From positions 26,784,001 through 26,848,000 of the forward strand of contig NC_047023.1 of the NCBI RefSeq assembly GCF_902652985.1: DNA of 64,000 nt. Reading direction: 5' to 3'. Below the pieces are notes generated by a model. It was not told the origin of the DNA and ran no database searches. It was given only the letters and a program-made list of their open reading frames with translations. Shown here one piece after another: positions 1 through 12,957 of this stretch (the first letter of the stretch is position 1; the number at the start of each line of letters is the position of its first letter). This DNA comes from Pecten maximus. Lineage: Eukaryota. Both the position numbers and the translations under genes were made by a program.

Positions 1-827
1 GTAGCATCATTTTATCTTTGCTTGTACATTAAATGGCGTAGGAGGTGTCATATATTTTCTATTTCTCAAGATTGAAACTATATTAAATAAGAATTTTAAA
101 ATTTATATCTATTTTCTGAATATCGTGTAGTCCATGAATCGATAATTGGTGATGTAACGCCATTTTACATTCATTATGTAATTAGTGTTCATGGATACAC
201 ACACAAAAAAGATATTGTTCAATCATGTCAGGTAGAAATCATTCGTCAAGAATAAATTGAATTTAAATTAAAGTCCACCTATGCATGTGAATCTAAGCAC
301 GCCCATCTTCATAACACTGTTTTTGAAAATAAATCAGCCTCTAAATTTTAAAACTTCAGCTGTGACAATAATTATTATCATTTATCAAAACAGCCATCAT
401 CATAACATTATTGGTTACTCGAGTTCCTGTTGCTAAATTGATATGATCAACATACTGTATATTTTTTTTGTTGAGAATCCATAAATGTCTATAACCTTTT
501 ATCTCCTTTCATTTTTGGTATCTCTAGTAACAGCTATAAGTATAAGTTACTGAAACAATTGAATCTAAAATATCTTATACTAAAACTTTGAAAAATAAAT
601 AATTTCGATTTCTGAATTGGTAGTTTAATTGTGACTACAGGAAATTTCTCATGAAACTCAGTTTCATCGATGATATTCTAGAATCCTCAATAATTTCCCA
701 TATATCGCCGCAGCATATTTTAGTATTTTACATTTCAATCATGATTAAATACAGAGCCTTTAGTACTTTGTCTACTTACACATATACCTTTATAGACTCT
801 ACTTATTCTTTGTTTTCTATATTCCAG

Positions 828-2519
828 GATATCATCAACCACAACTGCAGGGCACTTGTCAAGTCTGTTCCATTCTTTGCGAATGCCGATCCCCAGTTTG
901 TGTCGGAAGTGATTAGTAAATTGATATTTGAAGTTTATCAGCCTGGTGATTATATCATTCGCGAAGGTACAATGGGAACTAAAATGTACTTCATATCCGA
1001 AGGGATCGTGGACATTATCACCATTGACAATGAGGTTGCAACGTCTCTCTCTGACGGTTCATACTTCGGAGGTGAGTCAACTTCCATCCATTACTGAAGT
1101 AACGGTCTACCATATGACTATAATACCGTTAATCTCTGTTTCTTACTTAAAATAAATAATATCTATATCAAATGATAAAATATCAAATCATCATTTCGTG
1201 TTTCACTAATTAGAAGAAAGACGAAAATTACAAACAATATACAGTAAAGATACATATTTTGCAGCCATCTTATTTTAGTGCTTTAGGGCGACAAGCCTCT
1301 CATTATGTAAATCATGATTGTTCTGATTATAGTTTTCTACGACATGTATTGCGGCTTCGACAATTCCTCATTGCGATAATCTTTTCAACTTCAGTTAAGC
1401 GCTCCGGTATGAGTTGTAAATACGTTAACTAGATGCTTCCTGTGACAATTCTAGATATGTTTGGTATTGGCTATCATTTTATATTCCTCAGAAATCTGTC
1501 TACTGACCAATGCCAAACGTGTTGCCAGTGTAAGAGCCGAGACGTATGTCAGTGTTTACTCATTATGTGTGACTCACTTCAATATTGTGCTTGAACGTTA
1601 CCCAGTCATGCGTAGAACAATGGAGAGTGTTGCCGCAGAACGCTTGACAAAGATTGGTAAAAATCCCAGTTTAGTAAGCAGTAGAGCCGATCTCGAGGAA
1701 GACCAGAAACTAGTAAACGAAATCGTGATGGAATCTACTCCTGTAGTGACTAGTGCTAGTGAAGACGAGGATAAGGACTCGGATGACAGTTCAGAGAGCT
1801 CGAAAAGTTCTCGAAAGAAGCGGAAATTTAAGTTTGACTTCACGGGAAAACTACACCGTATCACGGAAGAAAGGAAATCAAAATCGAAAGAAAGCTTGAG
1901 AGACTTAGATATACCTAATGGGAAAGTGGGCAGAATGAAGAAGGCGCCATCCGGACCTAATTTGTTTGGACTAAAAGTTCCTCATTTTCCCGAAAGGCGG
2001 CGCTCAGGCAGTGTTGGTGCTGATTTAAATCGAATGCAACAGTCTTCTTGTTCAGATGAATCGCGCAGAGATTCTGATCCGGAGGACCTCAAAGACGGCA
2101 GTAGAAGGTCCAGCTTCCTGGGCACGAAACTGTTTAAGCCATCAGAACAAAAACATAAGGTTAAAAAATCAAGAGACAAACGAAAGTCAACAGATGATTC
2201 TCCGCCATCAGAAGGCAAAAGTGCGATGAAGTTCTTAAAAATTCCCGATCCGAAGGAAACAAAGGAACAAAAACAAAAAACTAAAGAAGATATTGCGATT
2301 CATCGAAGAAGTATGGGCGATGGAGAGGAATCGACAGATAAACTACCAAAAGCATCATCCTGTTTGGCGCAACCAAAGGAGCCAATAATTTCTGAAAAAT
2401 CTCCAAATCGTCCAACCGAACTTGAACCAAGTCCGACGATTAAGGTGAACGAGCCTGCTAAACTAAGCGTTCCTGCTGCCAAGGGAGACAACTCTAAGCC
2501 AGAGTCGTCGCGATTATAG
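828..2519 (+). CDS. HCN: Hyperpolarization-activated cyclic nucleotide-gated (HCN/Ih) channel, last two coding exons: C-linker end, CNBD and C-tail. 5' part lies outside the window
   Basis: Exons 828-1071 (ccag|GAT ... GGA G|gtgagt) and 1492-2519 (ctcag|AA ATC) join in phase 1. Product: [25 protein letters not shown]...[14 protein letters not shown]...MYFI...[27 protein letters not shown]...ERLTKIGK, the HCN C-linker/CNBD signature, then a low-complexity tail ending ESSRL*. Confidence 0.95.
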
Positions 2520-5500
2520 TATATGCACCGACAGCTAGATATAATGTATTAATTGTCCCCGTGCACTGTGTGCTGTGTAATATATGCTTCAGTGTCGTTA
2601 AATGACATAACTGTTTAAACTCGCACAAACATAAGAGGCATTTAGTTTAAACATGTCATGAAAGGACACGATATCTTACATCACATATCAGGGAGTTGAA
2701 AACTCGGTGGCTGCTTTTAGAGTGGTACATAATTCCCCATCCTAAGTACCTACACTGATCTGATGGGTTTGTGGTAACTATAGACTCGTAGTAGGGACAT
2801 CTGTCCATGCTGTGATGTTGGAGACTGCTTGTTGATGTCTTATTTTGCCGAGTTCCATTTAGTTTTGACATTGCAGTATACATTATGTAAATACTCATGT
2901 TAAAGAACGTCATCAATTATGTGATTTTGAGGGTTCAAAACGTCACAATACAGTGATTTTGTTTATAAGGTAAAAACAATTAGGTATTTTTTAGTTATGA
3001 GGGAAGCAAAATAATGCAATTCGTAATAACATTTTTGTACAGTAAAGATTAAACTGATATCAGGTAAGATTTTAAATATTTCTCTCCTTGGTGACGAAAC
3101 TTCGTCATGTTTTTTAATGTTATGATTAACGATAGGAATGTGTGATATTGACATTTGTAGACGGCTGTAGTGAACGGTTGTAAGTTTGTTTTATATTTGT
3201 TTATCTATATATTAAGTCTATATATTATGACAAATCATGGATGTTGGTTCACTCTCCAGGTAAAGCATTCCAATAAAGTACTCTCTCACTACTACTCGAA
3301 ACTGACCGTTGAAAGCGTGTGTGATAGCAATTGTCCTCTACTTCGAACAAATCGCGAAAATAAACAGACTTGTTGTTTTGTATAAGTATATCGATTATAT
3401 AAATCAATTAATTGGATTTGTTGATTTTATTCAGATAACTTACTTGGGTTTTATTTGGTAATGATACTTGTTAAAAAAGAAATGTAAATATCTTTTTCTG
3501 TTAATCTGTCAGTTACGTGTTTGTACATATCATTTTCAGTATGTGCCAAATTTAGTTTTAGTTATTGACAACGAATGTGCAAAATCGATGATGTTTAGTC
3601 GTAATTTACAACATGATTTCACAAAAGAAACACGTCTTTACTAAATTATATATCTGAAATAGGAGACTTGTTCTTGTAAGAAGTAGACCTTCGTTTTATT
3701 CTACAACAAAATGAGACACATACCGATTCAATTGAAGAATGGCTATATCAAAAAGGTATCGAGTGTTTCATTAACTGAAGACATGAAAATTACACTCTTT
3801 ATCATAATGAGTTCGTTTTCATTATTAATCATTAAAATGATGTTGTATTATGTTTCATAATAAAACACAACATAGTATTAGTAATATAATACAATGCCCA
3901 TACCTTGGGGAATCTAATACAACTAATACAAGATGCATTAGTCTTTCATTCTTAGGCCAAATATTTTGCATATTTAATTTCATTATCCAGAAGAAATATC
4001 ATGATCACAAAAAAATAAACCATTAGAAATATAAAGTATCATCATCACAAAAAAATATGCAAAATACGTGGCCTAGCATATATACATATATATATTATAT
4101 ACGTTGATGGTAGACTGTACAAACAGTGCGATGTTAGTCCATATGTCGTGTCCCATGTGCGCAGCTGTATTCATATAGGCGAATGTGTTCGTTGTATTTT
4201 GTATATCATGTGTATATAAGATTAATGAGTCGCCTATAATTAAGATAAAAAATATGTAATTGTTTATATATCAGATAAAAATAGAAATATATTTGTCCAT
4301 ATGTGTGTGTGTATTGACGTACTACATAGACTGTAACTTAAGACGATGGTGTGCACTCGCTTCTTTTCGTTATATCAGTTATAGACTCTATACAAAGTAA
4401 AAAAAGAAACAAAGCCATGACAAAATAGCACGTAGGCTAGATATCTAGGCTTTGTGACAGGAAGACACATTAATTTATGATATAATTTAACACAAGTATT
4501 TATATACAAGTTGGTGATAATTGAACTTTAAAAATTATCAAATTGATGAAGAATTGTTAATAAAACAGTGATTAAAATTCAAAATCAATTACAAATGTAT
4601 ACGAAACCAAATATGAATTTGGTAAAATTTCAAATTAAGCAATTTAAACATACTATAAGTGAATCGTTCCTATTTACTAAAATTTCTCTTATTTTGACAG
4701 ATACTCTGAAAGTAAATGTATCAGTGTGACAATAAGGTCCTATCTTACTGATATGTACAACTGGAAAAGATGTTACAATTTATAGAATATAATGAGATAT
4801 ATCAGAAATGAGTCATTCCGTCATTTTGATCAAATCATCTACATCTATATTAGTCATATAAGTGGATAGTTATCAGCGCGCCAAAACATGTCATACACCT
4901 AGACATAAATAATTTATATCACTACAACACTTGTCTGATCTAAAAGATACGACAGAAATGTGTTCATAGTATAATGAGTTCCGATGTGTGAATTACACAT
5001 GGATTACAACCATGTATGTTATTTATTTCAGAAACTTTGGAAATTATTGATGGGTGTATCATAATAAAACAGTTGGATACTATATAAGTAATAGATTGAA
5101 AAAAATAATCTCACATCTCAACTGAAGTTGAATATGGTCATTACGTTACATCGTTATCAAATTCACACCCAATTTTATTGGATGAAAATACTTCTTACTT
5201 TTAATGTTGGTATGGTAAGGATACTGCGATACATAACACTAGTATGATACATCATATATCAAATACTTCTATTATCAAAACATTTGTATAATCATCATTT
5301 AGACTGTGTTATGCCAAAGTGATTATAATAGTACGTTTGCATTACGAAGTCGTAGTAGAAGTACATTAGGATTAGGATATCACGTGAGATAACGAATATA
5401 GGTGTCGCTTTATATTTACCCCTTCGTGCTATGCATGTAACCGTCAGTCTGTGATAAAGGTATCAACAGGGCATTCATATACATGGTCATGTTACCTTGC

Positions 5501-6390
5501 TACAAAAACGGATATCGCTTAACTTCAGTACTTAATAAACGAATATCGCTAACTACGATACTTTCACGATGGTCTCCCTACCAAAGGAAATTCTTGTTTT
5601 AGTGTTTGACTTAGAAGAAGATGAAGATAAGTAAAATGATGTTCATATGTTTTCTTAACTGAAGGAACACGAAGTCGGGGGATTTACGATCACATGATAG
5701 GTGAGGATCGGTATTTTAATTAGATTGCTTTCCAAGAAGTTTGTTTGCGTAGTGAGATAAAAGTGAATAAAAGCAAAATTACACAAACTTTCCAAAGATC
5801 AAATACTATTCAAAATATTTTGAATATCGGAATATTCCAAATACAATATAGTGGTGCGTCACCTTTTTTATTCAAACGAAACGTTTTACAATATTTCGAA
5901 CAATGTGGTAACACCGTCAACGAACCAAACCTGTGTTGACTAATTAAATCCTAACTTTCTGATCCAAAGATTTCTAAATGACCACTTGTTTAGGATCTCT
6001 ACACTAGAGACTGCGGCTTATCGTGTACATATGTAGGTCAGCTCTTGCATTATTTACTGAAGTGCGACTAGACGAGGTGTTATTGTATTAATGTCCGTGA
6101 GTTTGTGGTGAGAAATATGACGTCACCACTGACTAGAGGACACTGTATACCTAGCTGTAGCAGTAACTGTGTGTCACTACACACTGGATCTCAGGTCTGT
6201 GTTACGTGTATATAGGATACAGTAGCGAACATGTGTCATATGCAAAGGTGAAACAAATATTGCTTCAAATCAATGAAATATCAGTGATTGTCATAATATT
6301 GATTCAGAGAAATAAAGTGAGATGATCATATGCACTCTTTCCAGTTTTTTGTCAATAAGTCCACATTAAAACATAGAATTGCATTAAAGT

Positions 6391-7535
6391 GGAAGTTTGT
6401 TACATTTTTTCAGTGACATATATATAAGCATTGGGCTGTCCTGTTATAGTATTAAAGGCATGCCGGGTAGCTTTGCAAACAAATATCATATTGCCAGCTA
6501 TAAAATCAACATTTATTTCATACACTTGATGTTTTCCAGTGCAGAATCTAACCGGATTCAAACCAATTAGATAAGTTTTTCATTGCAGCAAGAAATTATC
6601 GCAGCCAAAGTAATGTTTTGTATCCCGAAAAAGAGCCTACAGTTTAATAATTTAAATAGTACGTTGCACTTGAATAAATCCCAAAGAATACCAAAAAAAA
6701 TATTATTCATAAAAAAATCCGTATATAACTGGAATGGTACCAGAAGAATGCCACTGCGGCCATATTAAATCATGGAAATGAAAAACAGGTCTGTTCACAT
6801 GACGTATACTCCCGGGGTTTACATTGTAAACGAAGGTATCCATACAGAACATCTGATTACAATAGTCTCAGCCATGCAGAATTCAGCAAGAGGTAATCAT
6901 TTTTGCCTAATAGTGATTCCGATTTTCAGAATTAGGACATCACAAGTAACAGAAAATAAGTTATACGCCACGGGGATCATGTTTATACATCTAGATGGAA
7001 AATATAAATTTTATTACATATCGACAACTACTCATCCACGATTTCCTCACCATACTAGCCAGTTATAGCCCCGTGTGGATCATCACCCAACCAGCCAGTT
7101 ACAGCCCCGTGTAGATCATCACCCAACCAGTCAGGTACAGCCCCGTGTGTGTCATCACCCAACCAGCCAGTTACAGCCCCGTGTGTGTCATAACCCAACC
7201 AGCCAGTTACAGCCCCGTTTGTCTCATCACCCAACCAGCCAGTTACAGTCCCGTGTGTGTCATCACCCAACCAGCTAGTTACAGCCCCATGTGGATCATC
7301 ACCCAACCAGCCAGTTACAGCCCCATGTAGATCATCGCCCAACCAGTCAGGTACAGCCCCGTGTGTGTCATCACCCAACCAGCCAGTTACAACCCCGTGT
7401 GTGTCATCACCCAACCGGCCAGTTACAACCCCGTGTGTGTCATCACCCAACCAGCCAGTTACAACCCCGTGTGTGTCATCACCAAACCAGCCAGTTACAG
7501 CGCCATGTAGATCATCGCCCAACCAGTCAGTTACA
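6391..7535 (+). repeat. Left copy of the direct duplication flanking the LINE (~665 bp unique sequence plus minisatellite)
   Basis: ggaagtttgttacattttttcagtgac... at 6391 recurs at 12958, directly after the LINE tail; about 17 substitutions by eye over the unique part. Confidence 0.95.
7055..7535. repeat. 33-bp minisatellite, ~14.5 units
   Basis: Unit AGCCAGTTACAGCCCCGTGTGTGTCATCACCCA-type (caaccagccagttacagccccgtgtgtgtcatcac). Confidence 0.97.
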
Positions 7536-7548
7536 ATATATCATAAAG

Positions 7549-9357
7549 ATGGCGGACACTAGCGGTGGTGAGTGTGACCGAAGCAGCGAAATCACTTATA
7601 CTGGACTATCAGATAGTCCTAAGAGGTATACTGATATGTCAAATGTACCCGTAGGTGATCGTGAAGTGAGGGATAATGATATCCCTAGTCATGACAATAC
7701 ATATGTGTGTCAAAACAACGAGTACTCGTCCCAACCTGTTTTCACCCTACCCCAGCCCACTGAACAACCTATACTATCCAGTCGGACACTATCCTTGGAT
7801 ATCGCTGAAAATGGTAGTATCTTCTGCTCACAAAACTGTTCCCAAGTTATATCACCGAGTAAAGAGCTTGATAAATTGTTGCCTGATCTCGATAGTCAAC
7901 TTTTGAACATACCACAAGATCAATACACTGAAAAGTTAAAATGTTTGGTGAATGACTCTGAGGATCAAATCATGTTATATAGAAATATACTGGCTGAGAG
8001 AGCTAGATCGTGTGATGGTTTTCCTAATGGAAAATTGGTTACTAGAAAGAATACTAATAAAGGTACAAGCATAGACAAATATGCAAAGGACTGTTTTAAA
8101 CTTCAAGCTTTTGTAAATGGAGATTCATCTGTTTTAAGTGAATTGTTTACACCTGTATCTAAACAAAGACCGAGTACATGTACAAACGAGAGGCCCACAA
8201 CAGGGGATAACGATACGAGATTGCGTACCCCCTCTGTATCCTCGGTATCCGAACTTTGCGCGACTGTCCATGCTCTAACGGAAAAACTTTCCTTAGTTGA
8301 AAAAACGATGGTCACCAGCAAAAAACGCGAAAGTGAAATGTCAGTGAAAATCACGGAATTAGAACAACAAAATAAGTCACTGAAGCTAAATGTGGATCGT
8401 CTGCAGTCAATCATTAATTCCAAGCACGCTGGATACGACTCGTTTAATAAAAGGGTCTCTAATGACCTTCGGGCTATTGGTGAATTTGACTATTCTGTGT
8501 ACCAGAAAACTGTACAAAAATTATCTGACCAAATTAGTAGCTTGACGTCAAAACAGAACTCGAAAAACTCCGCCGCCCCTTCACGTAGCCCCTCACCCAA
8601 GGAGACGGCAACACCTACCTGTAGTCCTTCACAATTGAATGGCACGCCACGCTCGAATGATTTCGGATTGAATAGCGTTGTACGGCAAAAACCGGTTCGA
8701 CAAACAGCCAGTCGTGAACTCAGTGTACCAAACACGAGCGAGCCAAATGTAAACAATAACACAAACACGTGGTCATCTGAAAATGACAACCAAAAGCATA
8801 CGGACACTGCAATCACTACATTCGCCGAGGCCGTCCGAGGTAATGAAACTACTTGTACAACGACACAATCAACGAAATCAAATTCTCCTAACCCAAAAAA
8901 TATGGATCCTAAAGAAAAGCCCAAAGAATATAAAATACCCGTCTGCATCGATCGAAATGTGTCCGAAGTACAGCCTATATCCGATTCTGATAAAGAGACC
9001 AACGATCTATTCTTTGCAGCTGCACCAAGACGCGTACGAAATGCCCGTTATTACATAAGCAATATTGACCCCCGGTCAACAAAAAACGGCCTAGGACATT
9101 TCTTGGAGCAGAAAGGAATAACAGTTACGCATATTGTGATGTTTGAAAATCGTGTGAATAAGAAATCGGCGAAAATCAACGTCATCCCAGAAGACACCGC
9201 AACAATTGAATCACCAGGTTTCTGGAATGGTAAAATTAGATGCCGACGTTGGCTAAACGAAAACGACTGGAGACTGAAATTAGAGGAGAAAAACACTGAG
9301 ACCTTCCCGTCTAGCTCTCAATACAACGGAAATTACGAGACCAGCTATGGATACTAG
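7549..9357 (+). CDS. LINE ORF1 protein (~602 aa): coiled coil plus C-terminal RRM-like domain
   Basis: ATG in aagATGgcgg; heptad segment VSELCATVHALTEKL...ITELEQQNKSLKLNVDRLQ; C-terminal YYISNIDP...LGHFLEQKGI...SAKINV...PGFWNGKIRCRRW. Frame is intact. Confidence 0.82.
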   Translation: MADTSGGECDRSSEITYTGLSDSPKRYTDMSNVPVGDREVRDNDIPSHDNTYVCQNNEYSSQPVFTLPQPTEQPILSSRTLSLDIAENGSIFCSQNCSQVISPSKELDKLLPDLDSQLLNIPQDQYTEKLKCLVNDSEDQIMLYRNILAERARSCDGFPNGKLVTRKNTNKGTSIDKYAKDCFKLQAFVNGDSSVLSELFTPVSKQRPSTCTNERPTTGDNDTRLRTPSVSSVSELCATVHALTEKLSLVEKTMVTSKKRESEMSVKITELEQQNKSLKLNVDRLQSIINSKHAGYDSFNKRVSNDLRAIGEFDYSVYQKTVQKLSDQISSLTSKQNSKNSAAPSRSPSPKETATPTCSPSQLNGTPRSNDFGLNSVVRQKPVRQTASRELSVPNTSEPNVNNNTNTWSSENDNQKHTDTAITTFAEAVRGNETTCTTTQSTKSNSPNPKNMDPKEKPKEYKIPVCIDRNVSEVQPISDSDKETNDLFFAAAPRRVRNARYYISNIDPRSTKNGLGHFLEQKGITVTHIVMFENRVNKKSAKINVIPEDTATIESPGFWNGKIRCRRWLNENDWRLKLEEKNTETFPSSSQYNGNYETSYGY

Positions 9358-9400
9358 ACGCCTTGTCCGAAACCCTTCACAGTTTTTACTAATATTTGTC

Positions 9401-12400
9401 ATGAGTTTCTCTATGCTTACCTGGAATGTGCGCGGCCTTATGTCATCTGCCTTGACTCTCTGCAACGTAATAGATACTCTGAAAAGCGATATTGTCGTAA
9501 TAACGGAGCACAAACTTACAGAAACCTCAGTGCAGTACCTATATAACTTGCACTCCGACTATTTTGCCTACCCGAATATAGGACTCAACGAACATAATTG
9601 TGGTGGGATAGCGATCTTAGCACGGAAAAACATGTTCTTCCGAACAAGGAATCTCGAAATATCCCTTAGCGATAGAATAGTTGGTGTTGAACTATTTACC
9701 GAGAAACAAGAACGTATATTTATAATCGGCGTATACATGCCTAGTGACAATAATATTTCTAATTACATGGATGAAATTGAAAACTTGGATGATATATTTG
9801 ATCAACTAAGTGGGCAAGGGCATATTATAATAGCAGGCGACCATAATGCGCGATACGAAACGGCTTCATGTACTACAGTATATACAAAACGGAAATCGGA
9901 CATTTTCCATAAATTCCCAGCGGACCACGCCATGACTGCCTTAAACAAAACGAAGGTGTGTGCCAGGACATGACCATACGTTTCCGGTAACCCAGCAAAC
10001 TATAGACTATATTTTGATTCAAGATACATTTGTGGATTGCGTATCGTCATGTACAGTATTCTCAACTGAAGATACCGAGATAGCATCTGACCATCATCCA
10101 ATCACAGCACAGTTCAGACAAGAAGTTGCGCGATACAACACTTTTAAACAAAAACAACCTAACCCTACATGGACAAAGGCAACAATAAATAGCCTCATCG
10201 CGTACCAATTATTAGTGAATTCTGAAATCAACAGTCTACCTGATCTAAGCCGTATTGACGACAGTACACACATTGAAATGCTATGTGAACAACTGACTTT
10301 TATCCTAAACAACGCCGCTAAACAGTGTATTCCACATTCGGAATATAATCCTGTATTAAAACCATACTGGACCAAGGATGTCCGAACTTCTCATAAAATC
10401 GCTTGAACCAAACGGAAAATATGGATAGAAGCTGGGAGACCTAGAGGTAATCAATATGATGCTTACCGGGAATATAAAGCTGCAAAAAGGCACTTTCGCG
10501 AACTCCATGAGAAAGCCTATACCGACTATGAAACAGATATGAACGAGGAACTGAATGTAGCGGCCGACTGCGACATACGTCTGCTTTGGCAGTTAATCAG
10601 ACGACGGAAAAAACAACCGCCGAACATTTGTAATGAAATCAAAATGAACAATGCTATAGCCCGTGACCCGGAAAGTATTGCAAATCAATTTGCAAACTTT
10701 TTTGAAAAATTATATCATTCTCCCTGATTCCGATACACGTACTCCCACAGAAATATTCACCGAAGTATCGATGGACGAGTCGTGTGAAGAACTTAACCGT
10801 GAAATTTCTTTCGGTGAAATTGTAGAAGCTATTCAGAAAAGTAATAAATCGATGGATTGACCAATGAGCATTTTAAGTATGGTGGACGGACACTAATTAC
10901 TTACCTGACGAAGCTGTTCAACCTCATTACAAGTAGTACGTATATTCCTGAAATATGGAAAAGGGGTATCATCATACCCATATATAAAGGCAACAACAAA
11001 CCAAGATCGGACCCTGACAACTATCGGCCTATATCGCTCTTACCGGTAGTGTATAAATTATATGAAAGTATTATCCACAAACGACTCACTTCGTGGCTCG
11101 CGGAAAACTGCCCAACCTTCCCGAATGAACAACAACAGGGCTTTCAACGATTTATCGGCTGCCAAACAGCATCATTCCTACTCCAAGAAACACTGTATGC
11201 AAATATTGAACAGCACAGTAAAATGTATGCGGCTTTCCATGATATAAAGAAAGCCTTTGACACCGTGTGGCATTCGGGACTCCTGTATAAACTGAAACAT
11301 AAAGGAATCAAAGGGAAATTACTTACCATCATCAGGAACACATATTCAGGACTAAAAAGCACCATCTTATGCAATGGAACTGCATCCCGCTGGGTCGACA
11401 TAGAACGCGGATTGAGACAAGGGGGCGTCCTGTCCACGTTATACTACCTTATCTTCATTGACGATCTCCTTAACGAATTGTCCGATTCTAATTATGGTGC
11501 TCCACTAAATGCCATCCGCTGTGGCAACCTTACACTTGCCGACGACATAACCCTACTAGCCTTATCACCGCGTGCGCTGCAAAATCTTCTCGACATTTGT
11601 CAGAATTATTCGTTCCAATGGAAATTTAATTTCAATGCTACGAAAAGTTGTACAGTGGTATTTGGTGGACGTTCCGATAGTAATATGTTTCACTGGATCC
11701 TAGATGGAATAGAACTGGAAGTGAAAGAGACTCACGAACATCTGGGGATACCGATTTCAAACAATTTATCATGCTCCAAAAAGATTGAAAAAAGCTGTAA
11801 GAAAGGACGCGCATCACTATTCTCTGTTCTTGGCATTGGGTCACATAACCCTACCATCAATCCACTAACATACCTCAGTTTATACAAAAAAGTTGTATTG
11901 CCGTCCATATTGTACGGTTGCGAAACGTGGAACAATATGCGACAAAATGACATTGACAAACTCTCCCGCTTCCAACACTTAGCGGTCAGGAAAATACAGA
12001 ATTTCCCTGCACGTGTACACGCTCTGATATCGCGGAGAGTATGCTTGGTCTCTTTCGTGTTCGCGCAGAAATCGACAGACGAAAACTTCAGTTTCTCTAT
12101 CGACTTATAAAGCTACCAAATGAATTTCTTGTCAAAAAAGTCTTCCTGATGCGTGAATATACCTACATTATAATGACATTCATGAACAGAAAGGTTTTAT
12201 TCCCGACATGTTTGATATCCTTAAGAAATACAACCTCATGGACTTATTTGAACACTATATTACTACCAAGACTGAATTTCCATCAAAATTATCATGGAAA
12301 CTGTTTGTAAATTCCTCCATTAGAAATCGCGAAACAAAATTGTGGACGGACAGAATGAACCGAGACAACGATTTCGACAGGTTTAAATGTGTTCATCGGC

Positions 12401-12792
12401 ATATCCATCCCCATGGGCTATGGGTCAACCCGAAATCTACATCCGACCTTAATTGCTCGAGATTTGTGTCGAAGCTACTTACTTACCCGCCTCAGAATAA
12501 CGATCAAATATGCCTCAAATGTGGGAAAAGACGAACAGATCTTATCCGACATTATGTCACACAATGTGGGGCCACGTATTCTGTGAGGGACAGGTTTCTG
12601 ACAGACGTGCTTGACTTGTGTGGGATTGAAATGTTTTTAATTCTAGACAATACATCAGATGAAGGATTTGTCCAAATCATTTTTGGACAAGAACAGGAAA
12701 GTAGTGAGGACTCCAAAACCTTCCAGATAATGGCCACTCGCTTTCTGAGAGCTGCGTCACATGCATTTATCGCAGCCAACGACCAAAACTAA
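9401..12792 (+). pseudogene. LINE ORF2 (apurinic endonuclease plus reverse transcriptase), disrupted
   Basis: APE motifs LTWNVRG, ITEH, GVYMP, AGDHNA, TIDY, SDHHPI. RT motifs YRPISLL, QQGF, DIKKAFDTV, GLRQGGVLS, LADD. C-terminal CLKC..HYVTQC. Lesions: frameshifts near 9960, 10720, 12020 and 12160, TGA at 10404, small deletion near 10845 removing the KAPG motif. Confidence 0.92.
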
Positions 12793-12957
12793 ATCAGCAG
12801 ACACGCGCTCCGCGATGCGAACGCGACAAATTATTTTTTCTCTTCAATCTTGAAAACCATAGACTGTAAAAGAAAATGATTGCAATGTATTTATTAATTT
12901 GAATTTCTATGTATCTCTTTATGAGGAATTAAAGAATGAATGAATGAATGAATGAAT

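Larger units (their letters stand above)
7536..12957 (+). mobile_element. Apparently full-length non-LTR retrotransposon (CR1/L2 group, CR1-Zenon-like), inactivated
   Basis: ORF1, then ORF2 (APE-RT-Cys/His knuckle), short 3' UTR and (GAAT)6 tail at 12934-12957. Confidence 0.93.

Noticed and set aside
651-827. N-terminal extensions of ORFs 651-1097 and 1461-2519
   Set aside because: Intronic read-through; the HCN match starts at the AG acceptors (828, 1492)
7291-7548. Minisatellite-encoded HHPTSQLQPRVC repeats fused in frame to LINE ORF1
   Set aside because: Starts at GTG inside the array; a 33-bp unit keeps frames open by chance; ORF1 has its own ATG at 7549
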